The notes under the pieces were generated by a model. That model had not been told where the DNA came from and ran no database searches. It was given only the letters and a program-made list of their open reading frames with translations. DNA of 32,967 nucleotides from Candidatus Cloacimonadota bacterium (GTDB lineage Bacteria; Cloacimonadota; Cloacimonadia; JGIOTU-2), in contig JACNFI010000041.1 of assembly GCA_014384665.1 (NCBI GenBank), forward strand, positions 1 through 32,967, read 5' to 3'. Made by a program: the position numbers and the translations under genes. This document shows, one piece after another, positions 14,971 through 22,526 of the stretch (position 1 is its first letter; each line of letters opens with the position of its first letter).

Positions 14971-16392
14971 ATGATGTTATCAAAAAAAGTAAAATTACAT
15001 GAATTAAGCGAGCAGGAGAAGGTTCTTACTCCTACTTATGGTTCCAGAGAATTAGAAACGGCAGTGCCGAAATATGAAATGCCCGAAAACGAAATGCTTC
15101 CCAAGACTGCCTATAATATTATTCATGATGAATTGATGCTTGACGGTAATGCAAGGCTCAACCTGGCTACATTTGTTACTACCTGGATGGAGCCTGAAGC
15201 CAGACAATTAATGGCTGAGACATTTGATAAAAATATGATTGATAAGGACGAATATCCACAAACTGCAGAAATTGAAATGCGTTGTGTGAATATGCTTTCT
15301 CGATTATGGAACTCTCCTGACCATGAAGAAGCCACTGGTTGCTCTACAATCGGTTCCAGTGAAGCAGCTATGCTAGGCGGAATGGCATTGAAGTGGAAAT
15401 GGCGGGAGAGAATGAAAGCAAAGGGTAAATTAACAGACAAACCCAATTTGGTGATGAGTATTGGTGTCCAGGTTTGCTGGGAAAAATTTGTAAAATACTG
15501 GGATATTGAACCGAGGTATGTCCCGATGGACAAGGGATGTTATCTACTTGATCCAGAAAAAGCCCTTGAATTATGCGACGAAAATACCATCGGTATTGTA
15601 GGTATTATGGGAATAACATACACGGGTCAATACGAAGATATCAAAGCACTCAACAACGCTCTTGAGAAATACAATGCAGAAACAGGTTATGAAATTCCGA
15701 TTCATGTTGATGCTGCAAGTGGTGGATTTATTGCTCCTTTCATTCAAAAAGACATTGTATGGGATTTTCGTTTGAAATGGGTAAAATCCATTAATGCTTC
15801 TGGACATAAGTATGGTTTAGTTTATCCTGGTGTGGGATGGATTGTTTGGCGTGATAAGGATGAATTACCTGAAGAGCTTATTTTCTATGTAGAGTATTTA
15901 GGTGGTAAGATGCCTACATTTGCTATTAATTTCTCTCGTCCAGGCAACCAAATTGTGGCTCAATATTATAACTTTCTCCGCTTAGGAAAAGAGGGCTATA
16001 GAAAAATCCAGCAAACTTGTAAAGAAGTTGCGCTCTATCTATCTGGAGAAATTGCAAAAATGGGACCTTTTAAATTGATTTCTAATGGAAGCGACATTCC
16101 TGTATTTTGTTGGACATTGAAAGAACCACAGAAGAACTGGACACTTTATGATATGGCTGAACGATTACGAGACAGAGGTTGGCTTGTCCCCGCATATCCA
16201 ATGCCTGATAATATTAGTGATATGGTGGTGGAAAGAGTGGTTGTTAAAGAAGGCTTTAGCCATGATATGGCAGACCTATTGTTAAAAGATATGAGACGAC
16301 ATCTTGAATATTTTAATTCACTTACAACACAAACTCAGTCAGCAATCGCAGTTTCTCAAGACAAAAAAATAAATGTTCACTTTCATCACTAA
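14971..16392 (+). CDS. gadB: Glutamate decarboxylase (PLP-dependent)
   Basis: Group II decarboxylase with the PLP-lysine motif SINASGHKYG, plus IHVDAASGGF and TWMEPEA as in GadA/GadB. The start may be the second ATG (14974). Confidence 0.9.
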   Translation: MMLSKKVKLHELSEQEKVLTPTYGSRELETAVPKYEMPENEMLPKTAYNIIHDELMLDGNARLNLATFVTTWMEPEARQLMAETFDKNMIDKDEYPQTAEIEMRCVNMLSRLWNSPDHEEATGCSTIGSSEAAMLGGMALKWKWRERMKAKGKLTDKPNLVMSIGVQVCWEKFVKYWDIEPRYVPMDKGCYLLDPEKALELCDENTIGIVGIMGITYTGQYEDIKALNNALEKYNAETGYEIPIHVDAASGGFIAPFIQKDIVWDFRLKWVKSINASGHKYGLVYPGVGWIVWRDKDELPEELIFYVEYLGGKMPTFAINFSRPGNQIVAQYYNFLRLGKEGYRKIQQTCKEVALYLSGEIAKMGPFKLISNGSDIPVFCWTLKEPQKNWTLYDMAERLRDRGWLVPAYPMPDNISDMVVERVVVKEGFSHDMADLLLKDMRRHLEYFNSLTTQTQSAIAVSQDKKINVHFHH

Positions 16393-16413
16393 TAAATATA
16401 ATCACGAATTATT

Positions 16414-16578
16414 TAGTGTCTGTCCGTAAAATCAGATCCTTGCGAATGGTCCCCAATTTAATTGGGGATGGGCCTTCGCAATGGTTGATTCGCTCTACAA
16501 AACCATTCCGAATCCCCAATTGAATTGGGGATCCAACCATTCAGAAGGTCTAAAAAATGAGTTTACGGACAGATACTA
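16414..16578. repeat. Inverted-repeat-bounded triple-hairpin element 3' of gadB
   Basis: Inverted repeats tagtgtctgtccgtaaa (16414-16430) / tttacggacagatacta (16562-16578). H1 tccccaatttaattgggga (16450-16468). H2 aatggtt/aaccatt (16480-16486 / 16501-16507). H3 atccccaattgaattggggat (16512-16532). Confidence 0.75.
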
Positions 16579-16695
16579 TTTAGAATTATATATAATAATC
16601 TATTAACAGTCGATTAGAGTTATAATGACCATAGAATAAAAATGATTTGTAACAAATATTAAAAATTTATAAAATAAAAAAAAATAAAAAAAAAC

Positions 16696-16724
16696 TTGAC
16701 ATAAAAAATATAAGAAAATTAAAT
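16696..16724 (+). promoter_or_regulatory. Sigma-70-like promoter candidate (TTGACA-N17-TTAAAT) just upstream of repeat copy 1
   Basis: TTGACA at 16696-16701, 17-nt spacer, TTAAAT at 16719-16724. The same aaaaacttgaca box recurs at 16820-16831 upstream of the cassette. Confidence 0.3.
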
Positions 16725-16734
16725 AGGTTTCTCA

Positions 16735-16796
16735 TAATTCCCTCCTTTATCCCGATGTTATCGGGATACAGCCGCCTCCCCGGCGGCTTTTTTTTT
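16735..16796 (+). terminator. 61-bp double-hairpin + T9 module, copy 1 (identical to 18538-18598)
   Basis: taattccctcctttATCCCGATgttATCGGGATacaGCCGCCtccccGGCGGCttttttttt. Hairpins at 16749-16767 and 16771-16787, T run at 16788-16796. Confidence 0.7.
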
Positions 16797-16950
16797 CCAT
16801 ATCATATATTTATTGGCTAAAAAACTTGACAAATAATTAAATTTTAAAGTTAAGTATAAATAAAAATAGAAAATTTTTATTATATTTTTAAAAAGTTTAA
16901 TAATAAATGAACACATTTTTATAATCTGTAATAAATATAAGAGAGGATAA

Positions 16951-17736
16951 ATGACATTAGTTATATCAGTAAGAGTACCAGATGGTATTGCAATTGGAGC
17001 TGATAGTTTATCAACAACTCACTCTAATTTGAGATTTAAAGGTAACATAGAGACCAAATGCCCAAAATGTGGTAAGAGAATTTTGCTTAAAGACCTACCA
17101 GGACCTCCGATTCGTATTCCTGTAGCTAATTTTCCCACTGCACAAAAGTTATTCCCTATAAGAGAAAATTTCGGAGTTGGTTTTTACGGTATGTCTATAA
17201 TCAATGGTATAACAATATATAACCATATTAAAAGTAATAACAAGAAGTGGGAAAATTTTACAGAGGTATCTCAACTTGCAGATGCTTTAGGAAAATATTT
17301 TCATAATGAATTAAAAAAACAAATCAAGGATATTGAAAAAGCACCTGATAGTTTTATCCCATTAGGGTTTCAACTCGTGGGATTTGATGAGGAATCAAAG
17401 CCCTGGGGACAAACGGTTACTGTTTACCTAGGTAAGAATATTAAAACTGAAGTAAAAGATAAGATTGGATGCAGTTTTGGGGGAGAAGGTTATGTAGTTA
17501 AAAAACTCTGGGAGTTAAGAAAAGAAATGGGTAAAGGAGCACTATATGCAAGCTTTTCTTTGCAAGATGCTGTAGAATATATCGACTTTTTGATAGGAAC
17601 AACAGCAAAATTTCAGAAATTTGCAAATATGATTCCAACGGTGAGTGAACCTGTTGACATAGCAGTGATAACAGGATATAGTGGTTTTAAGTGGATAAAA
17701 AGTAAAGGATATATAAAAATACTTGAAAAGAATTAA
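16951..17736 (+). CDS. HslV/proteasome-beta-like Ntn (threonine) hydrolase with a CxxC-containing insertion
   Basis: The N-terminus MTLVISVRVPDGIAIGADS parallels E. coli HslV MTTIVSVRRNGHVVIAGDG. Also present are the later AQKLFPI Lys, GVGFYGMS, LGFQLVGFDE, GCSFGGEGY and VDIAVITGYSGF. gagagga RBS upstream. Confidence 0.65.
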   Translation: MTLVISVRVPDGIAIGADSLSTTHSNLRFKGNIETKCPKCGKRILLKDLPGPPIRIPVANFPTAQKLFPIRENFGVGFYGMSIINGITIYNHIKSNNKKWENFTEVSQLADALGKYFHNELKKQIKDIEKAPDSFIPLGFQLVGFDEESKPWGQTVTVYLGKNIKTEVKDKIGCSFGGEGYVVKKLWELRKEMGKGALYASFSLQDAVEYIDFLIGTTAKFQKFANMIPTVSEPVDIAVITGYSGFKWIKSKGYIKILEKN

Positions 17737-17751
17737 AGAGAGGAAATTATC

Positions 17752-17973
17752 ATGAATATAAATCGGGATATAATCAAAACTGAACCTTATAGTGAATCAG
17801 GAAAAGAAATTTTTCCGGTAGTACATATTTACTATGAAATTTCTCCACCATCCATTTCCAATCCACAATTTAATTTATCCAATACAACAGATATAATTGA
17901 TGACACAGCTTACTTTGTGAGTCCTCAAGTAGACAGATTTTCAAAAGCGTGGCAAAAACTAGCAAAAAGGTAA
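17752..17973 (+). CDS. Small protein of unknown family; positional candidate antitoxin/adaptor
   Basis: 73-aa ORF with a gagagga RBS 7 nt upstream. It lies 15 nt after ORF1 and overlaps the doc-like ORF. Confidence 0.5.
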   Translation: MNINRDIIKTEPYSESGKEIFPVVHIYYEISPPSISNPQFNLSNTTDIIDDTAYFVSPQVDRFSKAWQKLAKR

Positions 17974-18383
17974 TAAAATATCTCTCAAGAAACGATATTC
18001 TTGAGTTGAATTTCCAATTTGTAAATTATTATGGTGGTATTTATTTCAAAGGTGATTTAAATATAGCTAATGAAAATTCACTAAGCTATCTTTTACATTC
18101 TGTAGATGCTTCATATTTTGGCAAAAAGCTTCATCATTCTTTATTTGAAAAAGCAAGTGCTTACGCTTATTATATTATTAAAGATCACATATTTCACGAT
18201 GGTAATAAGAGAACCGGTATGGCCTCTACAATATTGTTTTTAGAAAAGAATGACTATATTCTTATTCCTGAAATTTCACAAGATGACATAGTTAATTTAG
18301 CTATTAGTATTGAAGATGAAAAAACATCGAAATCAGCACTCGGACTTTGGTTTAAAAGTAATACACAGTTAATCACAAAATAG
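17949..18383 (+). CDS. doc: Doc-family (Fic-fold) toxin
   Basis: Doc signature HIFHDGNKRTG (nt 18186-18218) and the size typical of Doc. The start is uncertain (GTG at 17949 gives a 25-nt overlap with the upstream ORF). Confidence 0.8.
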   Translation: MAKTSKKVIKYLSRNDILELNFQFVNYYGGIYFKGDLNIANENSLSYLLHSVDASYFGKKLHHSLFEKASAYAYYIIKDHIFHDGNKRTGMASTILFLEKNDYILIPEISQDDIVNLAISIEDEKTSKSALGLWFKSNTQLITK

Positions 18384-18537
18384 TAAATTAGTGGTTTTTA
18401 TACTACATTCTTTCGAATAATTACTAATATTTATCTTCTTCATTCCCAACATTTTGCTTGCGCCTTATAAGATTTTTACAAGTGGAAATAGGATAAAGAG
18501 AGAATGTGTACAATTTATATATTAATTATGTATCTTC

Positions 18538-18598
18538 TAATTCCCTCCTTTATCCCGATGTTATCGGGATACAGCCGCCTCCCCGGCGGCTTTTTTTT
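18538..18598 (+). terminator. 61-bp double-hairpin + T8 module, copy 2
   Basis: Base-for-base identical to 16735-16795. It lies 6 nt from the comEC stop on the opposite strand. Confidence 0.7.
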
Positions 18599-18604
18599 AT
18601 GCCA

Positions 18605-20974
18605 TTAAATATCAGTAATAAAGATTTCTTTTTCTGACAGTATAGTTTTAATCTTTAAATCCTCACCATCAGAAGAGAAAATAATTGCACCATCTTCATC
18701 TGTGCGAAAAAATCTGACATTATGTTTATGCAATCTATCTAAAGTCTTATCACTTGGCAAACCATAGCGGTTAAATTTTCCAACAGAAATAGCACCGAAT
18801 TCCGGAGAAGTTAATTCTAAAAATTTATTTGTAGAAGAAGTATTACTACCATGATGACAGACTTTCAAAACATCAATGTCCAATCCTGCACTATATTTTT
18901 CACAAAGCCAGTTTTCAACCTCTTTCTCGGCGTCACCGGTAAGAATAAAAGAAAAATCTTTATATTCACATTTCAGTACTATAGAATAGTTATTAATATT
19001 TTTGGTGGAAAATTCTGAATATGGAAAAAGTAATTTGATTTTCATCTGTGAAAATTCATCAAAGGCAAGTGATGTATCCGCATAAATAACTTCAATATTT
19101 TTTGCTTCAATTTTTCTGCATAGATTATAGTAGAGTGAAGAATTATATTCACATTCTGGCATCAAGATAGATTTAATTTTAATTTTATCTAAAAGATAAC
19201 CTGCCCCTCCAATATGGTCTGCATGAGGATGAGTAAGAACGAGTAAATCAAGCTTTCTCACCTGTTTGCTTTGCAAGAAAGGTAAAACAACTTTTTCACC
19301 AAAATCAATCTTATTAGTCTTATTTCCAGTATCAATCAAAATGTTTTTTTTTGAAGGTGTTTTAAGAAAAATTGCATCTCCAGTTTGAACATCCAGAATT
19401 GTGAGTTCTACTCGAGGTGAGTATAAAAATGCTGGAAGGAATATTAAACCAAAGATAAGGAATGTAGATGTCAAAATGTAAACAAATTTTCTGGATATCC
19501 TGTTTTTCTCTTTCCATATTAGAATTAGAAGAACAAAAATTATGAATACAAAAATCACCTGCCAAATTTCAACATTTAGAAAGTCAAAAAGTAAAATCCT
19601 TTTATAACTTACAAAATTAGAAATTGAAAAAAGTAAATTTAAAAGAAGTCTATTTGCCGCAATATAATAAACATTTATGCTTGCAAGAGGAAAGAAGATG
19701 GCAAGAATAGACAGAGGTAAAATAATGGAAATAATAGGAATGGCTATCACATTTGCAATTATTCCACCAAAAGCAATTTTATGAAAGTAATATACAGTTA
19801 GGGGAGCAAGCACTAATTGTACAACAAAGCTTATCATCATCAGATTTAAAAGCCAATAAGCAGGTTTATATTTTTCATAAAGACCATAAATTACTCTGGA
19901 GAAGATTGGGTAGATAACCAATATTGCAAAAACTGAGAGAAATGAGAATTGAAATCCCACACTGAAGATCTGCTGAGGATTTATCAGTAAAATTATAAAT
20001 CCTGCTGCAAATAGGATGTTAACATTTTCTGTTTTCCGTTGTAAGATTTTGGAAAATAAAAGAAGGCTTATCATAATCACAGCACGTTGAACTGAAGGTG
20101 CAGAATGTGAAAGTAAAACATAATATAAAAGAGCAAGAATAGTTAAGATGCGAGCTAAGTTTCGTTTTCGTATTATTACTTGCAAAATTGTAAGAAGGAT
20201 TAAAGCAATCACCCCCGTGTGCAGTCCGCTGACTGCTAAGATATGACTCAAACCAGAATTAGCAAAATCTTCTTTGATGTTTTTATCCAGAGCATCCTTC
20301 TCTCCTAATAGAATTGCTTTGATAAATCCTGCATATTTTTGTGAAAAGAGATTGTCAATTCGGTTTCTTAACCATTTTCGAGGACCAATTACAAGAATTG
20401 AATAGAGATTTTTGGTTTGATTTTCAATTGTAATAGAATTTGAATATATAAAAGCTGTGGCATATATACCTTTATTTTCCAGATATTCTTTGTAGTTGAA
20501 ACTGTAAGGATTGTTATTTTTATATGGCTTTTGAATACTCGCATAAATGCTGATTCTGTCACCATAATTGGCATAAGATTTCCCATTAACTCGGACAAGG
20601 ATTTTGCCACAAATTTCAGTTTCTTCAATTTTTTGAATGGATAATACAAATCTTGTTTTACCTGAATGGTATATCGGCTCCTCATCAATAAAGCCTGATA
20701 TATTTAACTTCTCATTACCCAATTTGTTAATTATCTTTGAGATATGATTTGTTGGATGGTTTGATGATATTGAAAACCGAAACGCTCCAAATAAAATAAG
20801 CAGAAAAAATAAAATATAAGTTGGCTTGACTTTGCTAAAAAGAAGGAATAAAAGGCTACAAATAAACAAAGCCAAATACCACATAAAAGAAATATAAATA
20901 TTTTCAGAAAAAACTATACCTATTGTAAAAAAGAATGTAATCGGAATAAAAGGTTTATTTGAGATTTTCTCCAT
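18605..20974 (-). CDS. comEC: DNA internalisation competence protein ComEC/Rec2
   Basis: 789 aa with an N-terminal DUF4131-like region, a polytopic competence domain, and a C-terminal metallo-beta-lactamase domain (LVLTHPHADHIGG). Confidence 0.9.
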   Translation of the reverse strand: MEKISNKPFIPITFFFTIGIVFSENIYISFMWYLALFICSLLFLLFSKVKPTYILFFLLILFGAFRFSISSNHPTNHISKIINKLGNEKLNISGFIDEEPIYHSGKTRFVLSIQKIEETEICGKILVRVNGKSYANYGDRISIYASIQKPYKNNNPYSFNYKEYLENKGIYATAFIYSNSITIENQTKNLYSILVIGPRKWLRNRIDNLFSQKYAGFIKAILLGEKDALDKNIKEDFANSGLSHILAVSGLHTGVIALILLTILQVIIRKRNLARILTILALLYYVLLSHSAPSVQRAVIMISLLLFSKILQRKTENVNILFAAGFIILLINPQQIFSVGFQFSFLSVFAILVIYPIFSRVIYGLYEKYKPAYWLLNLMMISFVVQLVLAPLTVYYFHKIAFGGIIANVIAIPIISIILPLSILAIFFPLASINVYYIAANRLLLNLLFSISNFVSYKRILLFDFLNVEIWQVIFVFIIFVLLILIWKEKNRISRKFVYILTSTFLIFGLIFLPAFLYSPRVELTILDVQTGDAIFLKTPSKKNILIDTGNKTNKIDFGEKVVLPFLQSKQVRKLDLLVLTHPHADHIGGAGYLLDKIKIKSILMPECEYNSSLYYNLCRKIEAKNIEVIYADTSLAFDEFSQMKIKLLFPYSEFSTKNINNYSIVLKCEYKDFSFILTGDAEKEVENWLCEKYSAGLDIDVLKVCHHGSNTSSTNKFLELTSPEFGAISVGKFNRYGLPSDKTLDRLHKHNVRFFRTDEDGAIIFSSDGEDLKIKTILSEKEIFITDI

Positions 20975-20987
20975 TATTATATTTAGT

Positions 20988-21210
20988 ATGAGTTCTGCAA
21001 AATGAGTAATTTCACTTTATTTCTGGCTATGGCTTGCTTCGTCAAGACAAGTGTCATTCCCGTGAAAACGGGAATCCATTCCTTACAACCTGTCTTTTAC
21101 TGCGTCTTCACTCTATATGGATTCCCGATACCCAATCAAGTTGGGCACGGTCGGGAATGACATCTGTGAGAGTTTGGAATGACATGAAAATGCAATTTTG
21201 CAGAACCCAT
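20988..21210. mobile_element. MITE-like element, copy 3 (inverted relative to copy 1)
   Basis: TIRs atgagttctgcaaaat (20988-21003) / attttgcagaacccat (21195-21210) match 15/16. Perfect 9-bp direct repeats atatttagt lie at 20979-20987 and 21211-21219. The internal taatttcactttatttctggctatggctt matches the reverse complement of 11481-11509. Confidence 0.85.
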
Positions 21211-21275
21211 ATATTTAGTAAATTAGTAAACTGGTGAACTGGTATATTTGTTGGTTTCCAATTAGTCAGTAAAAA

Positions 21276-21355
21276 CTTGCGAATGGTTATAAACCTTCGC
21301 GATTTATCCCGTTGAATCTGTTTGTAATTCAACTGGGATGGTTTTGATTTGCTCT
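21276..21355. repeat. Hairpin module 3' of dxr, related to the 5171-5270 / 16414-16578 family
   Basis: The cttgcgaatggtt...accttcgcg hairpin and atcccgttgaat / attcaactgggat (21306-21317 / 21327-21339), followed by gatttgctcta (compare gattcgctcta at 16487). Confidence 0.55.
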
Positions 21356-21362
21356 ATTATAA

Positions 21363-22523
21363 TTATATTCGCGTTAATTCGCGTAAATTAGCGGTTGCCA
21401 AAATCTCTTTTTTGACTTTTTTATCAATAGACAAAATCGTTTCAAGGTCAGGATTTGCAATATTGGATTTATTCAAACTTTTCTCAATAATCTTATAAAT
21501 ATCATTGAATTTTATTTTTTCTCTTAAAAAAAGTGATACTGCAGCTTCATTTGAAGCATTAAAGATTGTAGGCATAATCCCACCAGCTTTCCCAACCTGA
21601 TAAGCAATTTTCAAAATCGGAAATTTATCATAATCAACTTTATGAAATGTCAGGTCTGGCAATGATGTTATATCTGTAAATTGAGCTGAGGCTGGAATTC
21701 TTTCAGGATAAGAAAGGGCAAATTGAATCGGAATTTTCATATCTGGATAACTCATCTGTGATAAAATAGACCCATCTATAAATTCAACCATAGAATGTAT
21801 TATGGATTGTGGATGGATAACAACTTCAATCTGTTCATATTTCAAACCGAAGAGATGATGAGCCTCAATTACTTCTAAACCCTTGTTAGCCATTGTAGCA
21901 GAATCAATCGTAATCTTTTTTCCCATTTTCCAGGTGGGATGCTTAAGTGTATCTTTTAGTTTAATTTTATCAAAATCTTCCAATTTCCAATTGTTAAATG
22001 GACCTCCTGAAGCTGTGAGAATTATTTTTCTTATCTGGGATGATAAGGAATTTCCAAGCAAACATTGCATAATAGCACTGTGTTCACTGTCAATTGGTAT
22101 TAATCGGCATTCGTTCTTTTTTGCCATCTTTATAATAATATCCCCAGCCATTACCAAAGATTCCTTATTTGCTAAAGCAATATTGTGCTTACTTCTCAAA
22201 CCAGCAACAGTATATCTTAAACCCGCGGACCCAACAACAGCATTTAGTAGAATGTCATAATTTAGGTTGTTCAAGAGTTCCAATAATTTATCTTCCCCAA
22301 AATAGATTTTTTTATTGGTATTTATTTTAGATTTTAGTTTTTCATTTGTAATAGCTAAATAGGGGATATTTAATTTTTCAGCATACTCAAATAAAATTTT
22401 GTGGTTTTTGTGTGCAGTTGCCAGGGCAATTTCAAATTTATCATAGTGTTTTTTTACTACTTCGATAGTAGATTTACCGATTGAACCTGTTGCTCCTAAA
22501 AGTGCGATTTTCTTTTTTGACAT
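21363..22523 (-). CDS. dxr: 1-deoxy-D-xylulose-5-phosphate reductoisomerase
   Basis: LGATGSIGKST NADPH-binding N-terminus and the LANKESLV, DSEHSA and NKGLEVIEA motifs. Confidence 0.92.
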   Translation of the reverse strand: MSKKKIALLGATGSIGKSTIEVVKKHYDKFEIALATAHKNHKILFEYAEKLNIPYLAITNEKLKSKINTNKKIYFGEDKLLELLNNLNYDILLNAVVGSAGLRYTVAGLRSKHNIALANKESLVMAGDIIIKMAKKNECRLIPIDSEHSAIMQCLLGNSLSSQIRKIILTASGGPFNNWKLEDFDKIKLKDTLKHPTWKMGKKITIDSATMANKGLEVIEAHHLFGLKYEQIEVVIHPQSIIHSMVEFIDGSILSQMSYPDMKIPIQFALSYPERIPASAQFTDITSLPDLTFHKVDYDKFPILKIAYQVGKAGGIMPTIFNASNEAAVSLFLREKIKFNDIYKIIEKSLNKSNIANPDLETILSIDKKVKKEILATANLRELTRI

Positions 22524-22526
22524 TTA

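Noticed and set aside
16735-16796. Integron attC-like recombination site interpretation of the 61-bp repeat
   Set aside because: The module is two separate short hairpins plus a T tract, not a single long imperfect hairpin with RYYYAAC/GTTRRRY cores. No integron integrase is present in the window.
18504-18608. 34-codon ORF (MCTIYILIMYLLIPSFIPMLSGYSRLPGGFFLCH) spanning repeat copy 2
   Set aside because: The conserved 61-bp block starts downstream of this ATG, and copy 1 has no start codon in the same frame. Conservation is therefore at the nucleotide/structure level, not the peptide level.
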